From: Octopus vulgaris
Taxonomy: Eukaryota
Assembly (NCBI GenBank): GCA_951406725.2
Contig: OX597822.1
Span: forward strand, 71,176,001-71,240,000
Reading direction: 5' to 3'
DNA length: 64,000 nt
The notes beneath the pieces were generated by a model that was given only the letters and a program-made list of their open reading frames with translations, did no database searches and was not told the origin of the DNA. The translations under genes were made by a program, and so were the position numbers. Shown one piece after another: positions 1 to 11,555 of the stretch (within the stretch, counting starts at the first letter, position 1; the number at the start of each line of letters is the position of its first letter).

Positions 1-691
1 AATTTGCTCCTCGCTTCTCCGTAACCAGACCGATCCATTTCTTGGCCGTATTGTAACTTGCAATCGAAAGTGGATTCTGTACAATGATAAAAATGTTCTA
101 CGCAGTGGTTGGACCAAAATGAAGCACCAAAAACCTTCCCTAAACTTGAGCTCTTTAAAAAGAAAGATATGGTGACTGTTTGGTGGTGTACTATAACTTC
201 TTAAAACCTGGAAAAACTATTACTGCAGAAACATACTGCAAGGAAATTGCCAAAATGAATGAAAAACTACTACTCCTCAGTTCCAGACTGGTCAACAGAA
301 GAGGGCCAATCATTCTTCATAGCAATGCTCGACCACACGTTTCACTAATGATGCTCCAGAAGTTGAGGGAACTTGACTACAAAGTTCTTACCAACCCAGC
401 TTATTCCCCAGACCTTTCTCCTACCAATTACCACTTTTCCAAGCACCTTGATGGTTTCCTGCAAAAGAAGGAGTTCAAAAATCAAACCGATTCTGAAAAT
501 ACGTTCAAAGAGTTCATCAGCTCCAGAACTCCAGATTTATATGTTACCGGAATAAACAAACTTGTAACCCGTTGGCAAAATTGTATTGATTGTAATGGTA
601 CTTACTTTGATGAATAATATTTCCACATTGTTGAAATATATTGTGATGAATTTCATGTTTTAAAACGTTGCTTACTTTTTACTCAGCCTGA
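1..691 (+). mobile_element. Mariner (Mos1/SETMAR-like) transposon, 3' part, degenerate transposase with right TIR
   Basis: ORF 180-617 has ILHSNARPH, PAYSPDLSPTNYHF and GINKLVTRWQNCIDCNGTYFDE (mariner DD34D motifs, with both visible Asp residues mutated). The TIR-like sequence aaaacgttgcttactttttactcagcctga at 662-691 is followed by TA. Confidence 0.9.
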
Positions 692-995
692 TATATATAT
701 ATGTATGCATGTGTGAATATATCTATGCGTACTATTTTAGATTACATGGGCATTACTCCCAGAATCATGTTTTAAGCAAGGATCTAAATCCAATTTAAAT
801 TTCAAATTTGAAAAGCCAGAGTCTAAAACAGCGTCAAACACGATCCGGATGTTTATTGAATAAGAGGCAGAGAAGAGCCGTGAAATTCGGTTATAATATC
901 TATGTGATAAAGAACACATAGAATAAAAAATACAAGGCTAATATGGTGTTTATATGGCATTATTTGAAGAAGACATGTAGATACAAACACATATA

Positions 996-1039
<44 letters not shown>

Positions 1040-1177
1040 GTCACATGTACATGCACTCACACATATACTCACCTAACTCATGCTAACATTGAAAAAAATA
1101 CATAAACACTCTCATTGTGTGTATGTATGTGTGTGTGTATATATATTATACATACATACACACATGCACATACATAA

Positions 1178-1436
1178 ATATATTTGAAAAATGAGTAGAT
1201 ATGGCTTGTGGGGGGGCGGTATTTTTATTTTAATCCTAATAATAATGTTTACAGTGAGTTACTCTGATTTGAGTGTCAAGCTTCAAGTAGCTGTTTTCAA
1301 ACAGTTCAATTTGAAAATGGCTACGTGAAGCTTGAATCTCATATCAGAGTAGTTTACTGTAAATATTATTATCAAGATTAAAATAAAAATTATCCCCGCC
1401 AAAAAGCCATCTTTATTCATTTTTTCAAATATATAT
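1178..1436. repeat. Palindromic fold-back (MITE-like) element with ~125 bp arms
   Basis: The left arm tttgaaaaatgagtagatatggct...agctgttttcaaa is the imperfect reverse complement of tttgaaaatggctacg...ttcattttttcaaa. The loop is about 8 nt and the flanks are TA-rich. Confidence 0.8.
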
Positions 1437-1523
1437 GATACTGTACCAAGAACTCGCTCTTTATCATTCTACTATATATATATATCTTCCCTTCAGGGAA
1501 GAATTTTATATTTGAGGTTTTCT

Positions 1524-1614
1524 TCCCTGAAGACGGAGGATGGTATTATCCAATGATGGAATCAATTGACAATCATTATTTTAGACCACCAAGCCCCCAG
1601 AAACAGTTGTTGGA
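1524..1614 (+). ncRNA. Putative Penelope-type hammerhead ribozyme with long helix II
   Basis: TCC-CTGAAGA(1527-1533)-long insert-GAAAC(1600-1604)-AGTT-GTT-GGA. Helix III is near-palindromic (ACAGTTGT) and helix I is TCC/GGA. Confidence 0.5.
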
Positions 1615-2109
1615 TTCGTAAAACTCTTATTCAACCCCTTTAATTCTTGGTATCATTTCTATTCTGTATAAGTCGGACCTTTTTATATGTAAACATATTT
1701 ACATTTTTCTATACATACATACATACACGTATATATTTCATAAATAACGAACCATTTATTAATATTTTGAAAGTATTTAATACGCACGTTTCAAGTGGTT
1801 ATTTATCAAGTTGTGTAATATTCATTATAGAGCACTAACACTGACATAGCGTGGTTTTGAATAATTGCATATGTGAAATCATATGCGATATATTTCATGA
1901 AGATATATTTAGTCCTTCTGTAAAATATATTTCATGAATAAGCTGCAGGGTTCTCAATAGCTAAAAGCAAGAATCGGCCTACACGAAGGATAAAACTACT
2001 GATAAACAGAATTCATAAGCTTATTCAACGTTATCATTTATCTGCTTATTTTACTTTGCCTTCAGTACCAACTAATTTTTAACCATTCTTCGTTTGTACA
2101 TTGTGCTTA

Positions 2110-2498
<389 letters not shown>

Positions 2499-3649
2499 GT
2501 ATGTATGCGGTTATTGTTGAGTAAGTATGTACGTTTATTACATTTGCCTCGGAGTAAGTTTTGAATTTATCGTATTTTTATCTCTGAGATTTTCTAGAGC
2601 TTAGTATAGTAGTTTGGTTTCAAGATTTTTTTTGTTTGTTTTTTATATTTCGGTTGTAAGTAGAAGTTAGTATTAAAGTTGAAGAGCATAAGACATTCTG
2701 TATTTGGTGAGAAGTTAAGAAATTTATCTTCCTGTTTGGACAGGGTGATTTTTGCTTAGTAAATTTTGCTTCCTTTTTTTTTATATATATATATATTTAT
2801 ATTCCTGTGTCTAATCGTCGTGAAAGAGATGTCTTTATATTATCAAGAGCTGCGAATATAACTGTTTAATAAATATTTCTTACTGGTTTGTCGATATCTT
2901 TCTGAAGGATTTCTGTTTGTGCGTTTTTTTTATTTATATATATATTCTTGGTTTATGTGCGTATTTGTCATTCAATAAATTACTTCCGGTATTCTGTCTT
3001 ACATTTTTCGTTTTCTGCTATTGTATGGTTTTTATATTTGTAATAGGTGAAAGCTTTTCTTTTAGACATATTATATTGAATATACAGTTGTGTTCTAGCT
3101 GTATCTTTTAACAATGTTTTTCGAAAAGTTCCTTACTGTTTGCTTGCAACAGTAAAGTTTCTAAGTCTATTATCAATGTTTCTAGCCTTCCGTAGTTTCA
3201 TCTTCTGAATGAGGTGACATTAACGTGTATTGCTGTACTTTTATATTTAGTAGGGCTATTGTGATTGATGTAATGTTTCTCTGCTGGTTTTTATTGTCTA
3301 CTCACTTCGATTTTTAAAGGATGTTTGTGTCTCATGTGTACTTTTATTTTCTTTATCTAAATTGTCAAAATGTGTTCATAAAGTGAAAAGTGAACTATCT
3401 TGATCCAATGATTTGCACTGGATATTCTTTAAATATTGATTCTAAAAATTTTGAAAAATTAAGAAATATATAAAATAGATGGGAGTTAACATAAAATAGA
3501 TAACCTATGAATTGATAACAATTTCTTAGTTCAAGAAAAGAAGGAAACGATAGAAATTGAAAACAGGTTAAATGAATAAGGAAATTGATGGTAAATGAAA
3601 AACAAATTTCTATCAATACTAACGACATTAAAATCCTGCATGCAAGCCA

Positions 3650-4600
3650 TCACATTCCAGGCCTGCATAAATACAATGTCTCATTCAAACTGACTGTGTC
3701 CAGTTACATATGTTTATTAGCATGTTTACAATTACTGAATGTCTTGAATTTGTGATTTAAATATGTTTCTGGTTCTAATGAATTCAGTTGTTTTTCAACT
3801 GTGCAAAGACCATATTTTTCATTGCCATGTACATAAGGTATACATCTTCCAACAATTCACTAGTTGATATTGTAGTTCACAGCCTTTTCTCTTAAAGACC
3901 AATTGTAACTTGAGAGCTTTGTAACAATTTGTTTATCAATGTTAATGACAAAAGAGATGTGATTGTAACATCTTCTTTTGAATCCACCTTCTCATGTGCT
4001 AATATAACACTTTTGGTTGGTGTCAAAGTTCTGGTTTATTGGTCTAATTTCTGCATCATGTATAATGGCTTCTGTATTACTGGATTCACTCAGAAGGCAA
4101 GTGTATTATTGTTTACACATAAAGAATCAGAGTTAGTGGTAGAAGTAAGCATGTGTGATAAAATTTTCTTCATGTTAACAACGTAGCTGAAACTAGCTTT
4201 TATATTGATTGAAATTTTCTGCATTTGTGGTTAGTGGGAAAGTGCTTATCTATTAAACTTACAGAAGGATTAATTATGTTAAGCTTAACATTTAATGAAA
4301 ACCAGAGTGCAAAAATAAATGATGTTATGATTTCTATTCTTCTTGGCAAAGCTGGCGCTGAGTGTATAGATAATTATATCCTATTATCTGTTCACTTTTA
4401 AGGCATTTCTTTACTAAAGTACTAATTTGATATCCTTCTGCTGACACACATTACCAATCGCTTTGAATACTAAAGTATGATGGTGGCATGAATGCATGTT
4501 TATTTAAGTAAAAGTTTTGGTTGGCTTTTTAAAGCCTTTAGATCAGTTTGTAATTTTTCCTTGTTTATGAAGAAGACTGTAGCTTATGCTCTTTTTACAG
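3650..4600 (-). pseudogene. Highly decayed Penelope-like retroelement (RT thumb and GIY-YIG region)
   Basis: Minus-strand fragments KLQTDL...SCHHHT resemble the PLE motif 'L.TDLY.KPT...SCHP.H'. A weak VYL...KYG pattern lies near 3820-3845. Many stops and frameshifts. Confidence 0.3.
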
Positions 4601-4614
4601 ACCACATGTATTAT

Positions 4615-4956
4615 ACAGTTCTATATTTAAGAGATGAGGAATTATGTACATTATTTACATTTGACGGATATTTGTCCTCATCTTTGTTAACACAACGTTT
4701 TGGCTGATATACCCTCCAGCCTTCATCAGGTGTCTTGGGGAAATTTCGAACCTGGATTCTCATTCCTAAGGTATTTTTCGATGTTATTATTATTAAGCCT
4801 GAAATTGCACTCGGAATTTTGGGGTTAGTAGCCCGCGCCCTTAATCACTATGCCATATGCCCGTGACACCTGATGAAAGCTGGAGGGTATATCAGCCAAA
4901 ACGTTGTGTTGACAACAAACAAGATTAGGACAAATATCCGTCAAATGTAAATAATG
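4615..4956. mobile_element. tRNA-headed hammerhead element, inverted dimer insertion
   Basis: A minus-strand full copy (head at ~4797-4863, HHR at ~4690-4734) is followed by a plus-strand partial copy (4865-4956). Flanked by cacatgtattat (4603-4614) and cacatgtataat (4957-4968). Confidence 0.8.
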
Positions 4957-5317
4957 CACATGTATAATTTCATTATTTTCTTCATCTTTTTTTCTTAATT
5001 TAAAAAGAAATTCAAAATTATATTCAATTCAAGTCAAGAGTTTGGCTATCGAGAGTTTATTCAAAATTGTGTATACTTGATCATATTTTGTGGTGTGTGG
5101 TTAATAGAACGAAATGTTTGTTTCCCACCAAATACTTAAAGCCCAAACTGATATGAAAGCTACTTTCTATGTGCCTAAAACATATCACTCTGCTGAAATG
5201 TACTGACAGTATGAGTTAACTTGTGTCTGGTGGTAAGAACTCTACTTCACTGAGTTTCTTTGAAACTATTAGTAAAACAGAGTGACACAATTGCATGGTT
5301 ATATTTTAATATATATA

Positions 5318-5925
5318 GGGTGGTAAGCTGGCAGAAACGTTAGCAAGCCGGGCGAAATGCATAGCGGTATTTCGTCTACCGTTACGTTCTGAGTTCAAAT
5401 TCCGCCGAGGTTGACTTTGCCTTTCATCCTTTCAGGGTCGATTAAATAAGTACCAGTTGCACACTGGGTTCAATGTAATCGACTTAATCCGTTTGTCCCC
5501 CTCTGTGTTTAGCCGATTATGGGTAGTAAAGAAATAGGTATTTCGTCTGTCTTTACGTTCTGAGTTCAAATTTCGCCGAGGTCAACTTTGCCTTTCATCT
5601 TTTCTGGATCGATAAAGTACCAGTTGTGTACTGGGGTCGATCTAATTGACTGGTCCCCTCCAAAATTATGGGCCTTGTGCCTAGAGTAGAAAAGAATGTA
5701 TTATATTTCTAAGGTAGCAGGCTGGCAGAAACGTTAGCATGCTAGGTGAAATGCTTAGTGGTATTTCGTCTGTTTTTACCTCCTGAGTTCAAATTCTGCC
5801 GAGGTTGACTTTGCCTTTCATCCTTTCTGAATAGATAAATTAAGTACCAGTTGTGTACTGGAGTTGTTCTAATCGACTGGCCTCCCTTCCCCAAAATTTC
5901 GATCCTTGTGCCTTGAGTAGAAAAG
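5318..5925 (+). mobile_element. Tandem multimer of SINE family B (ggcgagctggcagaaacgttagc...gtcgactttgcctttcatcctt...aagtaccag)
   Basis: Three head-to-tail units with a tRNA-like head (B box gagttcaaattcc) and a conserved central domain. The family recurs more than 10 times in the window. Confidence 0.85.
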
Positions 5926-6257
5926 TATAGTTTAATATATATGTATTTGTGTGTGTGTGTGTGTGTGTGTATGTATATGGTTCTTTCTTCATGACTCTGA
6001 AGATGACCAAGTTATCAGCTTTACACTTCAATAGGATACACATACATACATAAACGAGTGCACATACACACACACATACACACCTGTATATATTAATGTT
6101 TGTTTTATGTTGAGCTACAACAAAAACAATTTAACCTTATACTAATATTTTTTATAGAGTACAAATTTATTATTTTTTCACAAGAATAGTTTTGACAGTG
6201 ACTTTGAAGTCTATAATGTTGTATCATATACATTATTCCACACACATATTTATCGCT

Positions 6258-6457
6258 TATCTTTTACCTCTTTCAGTCATTAGACTGCGGCCATGCTGGG
6301 GCACTGCCTTGAATTTTTAGTTGAATGAATCGATTCCAGTATTTATTTTTTCAAGCCTGGTACTTAGTCTATCGGTCTCTTTGCTGAACTGCTAAGTTAT
6401 GGGGATGTAAACATACCCACACCGGTTGTCAAGTGGTGATGGGAGGACAAACAGACA

Positions 6458-6505
<48 letters not shown>

Positions 6506-6655
6506 CATACAAAGGGATTCTTTCAGTTTCCATCTACCAAATCCACTCACAAGGTTTTGGTTAGCCCAAAGCTATAGTAAAGCCATCTGGTGGGACTGCA
6601 CTCAGGACCATATGGTTGGGAAACAAACTTCTTACCACACAGCCACTCCTGTGCC
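6258..6655 (-). mobile_element. SINE family A (tRNA-derived, CORE-like caccttgggcaagtgtctt, internal microsatellite)
   Basis: Reverse complement of the family consensus seen at 8080-8445. Confidence 0.8.
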
Positions 6656-8079
6656 TAATTTATATAATTTTTTTATTTAATCTTAGCTGAAAGTTAAATT
6701 ACTTACAAATGATATCTATCATTTGATTTTGTCAATACTCAGGTAATGAGAAAAATATGACAAAAAGAAATAAAAAAGATTTATTTCAAAGTTCAGAGAA
6801 ATGGCTAGTTAGGTTAAAAAAACAAGAAAATACTCAAGTATATGGACAGGGAAAAATGATATAACTTTGTTTTGTTGCTCTTTATTATATTTATAAAAAA
6901 AGATGTTATGAAAGAAAAATTTATTGGAAGCTACCACCATATTTTATATGCACATAAAATTAATGATATCAATAATAGTGATACTTTGTAAGATGGACAT
7001 AAGTTTAATATTATTGAAAAATGTTCTTAGAGATGGCTTTTATATTTCTGGAAGAATATAACAGTAAAATATTGGGGTACATTGATATTTTATATTTCTG
7101 ATTATTGACAGAAGTAAAAATAAAAATATGAAGTAGAAAAATGTTAATTATGTGTTACTAGTGCATTTCAAGAACCATTAAATATACCAGTATATTCGGA
7201 ACGGCTATATTTAAAACATTTAAATATACGGCATAGAATTCATGTGAAAAAAAAAAAGAAAAAAAGAAAAAGAAAAGGAATACCTACACTTGGGGTAATC
7301 TGAATTCAGCAAATATGTACTCAATATTTTTTTTTATCTATATACTGAGATTTTGTGTAGCTATTGTTGTTTATATTAGTGTTGTTAAATACACAGAGAT
7401 GAAATTCTGTATAGAATTATTTAAATTATGGTCACGAAGAATACGATAAGAAAAGTTGATATTATATAAAGTATCAAATTGTATGACTTAGGAGTAAAAA
7501 TAAACATCTAGTAAAACAACACGAGATGAAGTAATTAAATGAAGCAATAAAGCAGATACAAAGGAAAAGTATAGTTAGCATAGAAGTTTCAAATACAATA
7601 TACAATAACATATGCATTAAAATAAAATAGGAACGAAATTAGAATTATTTAGTCATACTAGCGGTTGGTGAATTGGTTGTGTTTATATTGCTCTTAGAAG
7701 TTTTCTGTAAGAAAATTGTCAGATATAAATCTTGCGATTTTTAAGTAATGCAACAAGTTGTTGTTAGTTGTAGCGTAGTTAGTTGAATGAAAGCTGTTAT
7801 AAAATTGTGTTGCTGAAGCTGAAGAAAAGATGTTGTAAGGAGTGAAGAAGATGAATAATCAGAAACTGGTAATTCAATAAGTACTGCTAAGATTACAAAA
7901 TTATATTCAGGCTCGTGAGTGATTTAGCAAATGGGAACAAAAAGAAGCCTATTAGATATATGTGTAATATTTTATTATTTTGCTTAGGGATAGCAAAACA
8001 AATAATCTCAATATACATGTGCTTCAGAAAAATGTATCAGTTGAGTACAGAGCAGTTACAAGAGAACATATAAATGACA

Positions 8080-8445
8080 AGGAGTGGCTGTGTGGTAAGT
8101 AGCTTGCTTACCAACCACATGGTTCCGGGTTCAGTCCCACTGCACGACACCTTGGGCAAATTTCTTCTATTATAGCCTCAGGCCAACCAAAGCCTTGTGA
8201 GTGAATTTGGTAGATGGAAACTGAAAGAAGCCTATCGTAAATATGTATGTGTGTGTATATGTTTGTCCCCCAACATTGCTTGACAACCGATGCTGGTGTG
8301 TTTATGTCCCCGTAAATTAGCAGTTCGGCAAAAGGGACTGATAGAATAAGTACTAGGCTTACGAAGAATAAGTCCTGGGCTCAATTTGCTCGACTAAAGG
8401 CAGTGTTCCAGCATGGCCAGTCAAATGACTGAAACAAGTAAAAGA
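8080..8445 (+). mobile_element. SINE family A, near full length
   Basis: Head ggagtggctgtgtggtaagtagcttgcttaccaaccacatggttccgggttcagtccc, CORE-like accttgggcaa, tail ...gcatggccagtcaaatgactgaaacaagtaaaagag. Confidence 0.85.
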
Positions 8446-8448
8446 GAA

Positions 8449-8507
8449 CTTACGGCTGTTTCTGCTATGAGGTGCAATGCACTCATAGTTGAGTGCATCA
8501 TCAGAGC
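8449..8507 (-). ncRNA. Putative minimal hammerhead ribozyme
   Basis: Minus strand reads GCT-CTGATGA-TGC[actcaactatgagtgcattgcacctcata]GCA-GAAAC-AGCC-GTA-AG. Confidence 0.5.
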
Positions 8508-8689
8508 AACAAAACTGAAGTGCAATATGTGTGTGTGTATGTGTATATATGTTAGTGTTTCCTTGTCTTGGCATTGCGTGATGATTGTAAATGAGTGTTA
8601 CTGCCATACACATGATCTTTCATGGAGACATGTCTGGCCTTTAGGAAACATTACCTTACACAAAAACAAGTGAGAGTTGATAACACAAT

Positions 8690-9245
8690 AACTGTCTTTA
8701 TGTTCTGAGTTCAAATTCTGCTGATGTTGACTTTGCCTTTCATCCTTTTGGGGTCAATAAATTAAGTACCAGTTGTGTACTGGGGTCGATCTAATTGACT
8801 TGCCCCCTCCCCACAAATTTCAGTCCTTGTGCCTAGTGTAGTAAAGAAAATTTTTAAGGTGGCGAGCTGGCAGAAACGTCAGCATGCCAGGCGAAATGCT
8901 TAGCGGTATTTCGTCTGCCGCTACGTTCTGAGTTCAAATTCCGCTGAGGTCGACTTTGCCTTTCATCCTTTCAGGGTCAATTAAATAAGTACCACTGGTG
9001 TCGATATAATCGACTTAATCTGTTTGTCTGTCCTTGTTTGTCCACTCTGTGTGTAGCTCTTTGTGGGTAGTAAAGAAATAGGTATTACATCTGTCTTTAC
9101 ATTCTGAGTTCAAATTCTGCCGAGGTCGACTTTGCCTTCCATCCTTTTGGGGGTCAATAAATTAAGTACCAGTTATGTATTGGGGTCAATCTAATCAGCT
9201 GGCCCCATCCCCCATAATTTTGGGCCTTATGGTTAGAGTAGAAAA
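8690..9245 (+). mobile_element. Tandem multimer of SINE family B
   Basis: Three units with the same junctions as 5318-5925. Confidence 0.85.
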
Positions 9246-10099
9246 GATTATGTATATATATGAGCTTCCAATGTGCTATTTTCTTCATAAAATATTAAGT
9301 CGTTTTTCATAGCATACTTTAAAAAAATTAACACTGAACACACCACCTCTGTCTCTCTCTCTCTCTGGTTGTCTGTCTGTCTGTCTTTCCCTCTGTACTT
9401 TTGAGTGTCTCATTTTTTAACCTATTTGCACAATTCTCTGAACTTCTCTATATTATTTTCTTCATATCTTACGATTCACAAGATAAAATGATATATATCT
9501 TTCATCAGTAATTTGGTTTACAGCTAAAATTAAAATTCATAACACAGACAGAGACACACACAATATATATATATATATACATATTGTTTATACATGTGTA
9601 TGTGTGTATATGTGTGTTTGTGTGTGTGTGTGTGTGCATATATGTGTGTACATATATATATACATAAATATATATGTAGATTTGTATATATATATATATA
9701 TATATATACATACATATATGTATATATTTATATATATATATATATGTATGCATACGATTGTGTGTGTATACATTTGTATATATATACATGTGTGTGTGCA
9801 TATATAACTATATATATATGCATACACATGCACACACATGTATATCATATACATATACCTGTGTGCATATGCATGTGTGAGTTTCTGTACAAGTGTGTAT
9901 ACATATTTGTCGACAATCTTCATTTGGATATTTTTGGATTTGATAAAAATCTTCATTTTTTTTGGATTTTCCTCATCTTTTTCTTCGTTTCTTATCATCC
10001 AACATTCAATTCCAAGAAAGCATAATGTTTGTAATGTCAAAACACTTTCTATTTCTCTGAGTGACAATCAATTAATTTTGATTGTTAACTTACAGGTAT

Positions 10100-10462
10100 A
10101 GGAGTGGCTGTGTGGTAAGTAGCTTGCTTACCAATTACATAGCTCCAGGTTCAGTCCCACTGCGTGGCATCTTGGGCAAGTGTCTATTACTATAGCCTCA
10201 GGCCAACCAAAACTTTGTGAATGGATTTGGTAGACGGAAACTGATATGTATCTCTTTTACCTGTATCAGTCATTTGACTGTGGCCATGCTGGAGCACCAC
10301 CTTTAGTCAAGCAAATTGACCCCAGGACTTATTCTTTGTAAGCCTAGTACTTATTCTATTGGGCTCTCTTGCCGAAACGCTAAGTTATGGGGACATAAAC
10401 ACACTAGCATCGGTTGTCAAGCGATGTTGGGGGTACAAAGACAGACAGACAAACGTATACAC

Positions 10463-10522
<60 letters not shown>

Positions 10523-10912
10523 TTATATGACAGGCTTCTTTCAGTTTCCATCAACCAAATCCACTCACAAGGCTTTGGTCAGCCCAAGGCTATAGTAGAA
10601 GACACTTGCCCAAGGTGCCACACAGTGGTACTGAACCCGGAACCATATGGTTTGTAAGCAAGCTACTTACCACACAGCCACTCCTACGCCTATATGTGTG
10701 TGTATATGTTTGTATGTCTGTGTTTATTCCCCGAATATTACTTGACAACCGATGCTGGTGTGTTTACTTCCCTGTAACTTAGCTGTTTGGCAAAAGAGAC
10801 TGATAAAATGAGCACTAGGCTTACAAAGAATAAGTCCTGGGGGCGATTTGCTCGACTAAAGGCGGTGCTCCAGCATGGCCACAGTCAAATGACTGAAGAA
10901 AGTAAAAGAGAG
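10100..10912. mobile_element. Nested SINE family A: a minus copy (10253-10690) inside a plus copy
   Basis: Plus head at 10100-10245, full minus copy, then the plus tail resumes at ~10693-10912. Confidence 0.8.
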
Positions 10913-11555
10913 AGAGCTACCCACCATTGTCATTTGTTTACATGCTCTCCTTTCTGCTCTGATCTCTCTCGCTCTTTCTGACTGTGTAAAAGGGACTTGT
11001 GGCAGTGACACATAAAAGGGACTCATACAAGCAACACATAAAAGGTCTCCCATATTGGTGATATGTTAAAGGCATAAACTACACTCTTGGAATGGCTGGT
11101 GTTAAGAAGGGCATCCAGCTGTAGAAACCAAGCCAAAAGCAGACTAGAGCCTCGTACAGGTCTCTGGCTTGCCAATTACAGTCAAATCATCCAACCCATG
11201 CCAGCATGGAAAATGGACACTAAATGATGATGATATGTATTAATACGTTAGTGTGTTTATGATCTGTAACTTAGCAGTTTGACAAAAGAGGCCAATAGAA
11301 TAAATACTAGGTTTACCAAAACCAACAAATACTGGGGTCAATGCATTCGACTAAAATTTCTTCAAGATTGTGCCCCAGCATGACCACAGTCCTGTGACTG
11401 AAACTAGTAACAGATAAAAGATATATATATAATTAAGAATCAGTTGAATTAGGCAATTACATTGAAGCACCTTGGAGTCACTTGAAATGGCCATAATGAA
11501 TTGACACCAGAAGGTCATAAGTCAACTAATTAGAGAGAGAGTTAGTTTAGATGAG

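Noticed and set aside
741-863. Possible host exon after ttttag
   Set aside because: Short open frame with no recognisable motif; cannot be supported without transcript data.
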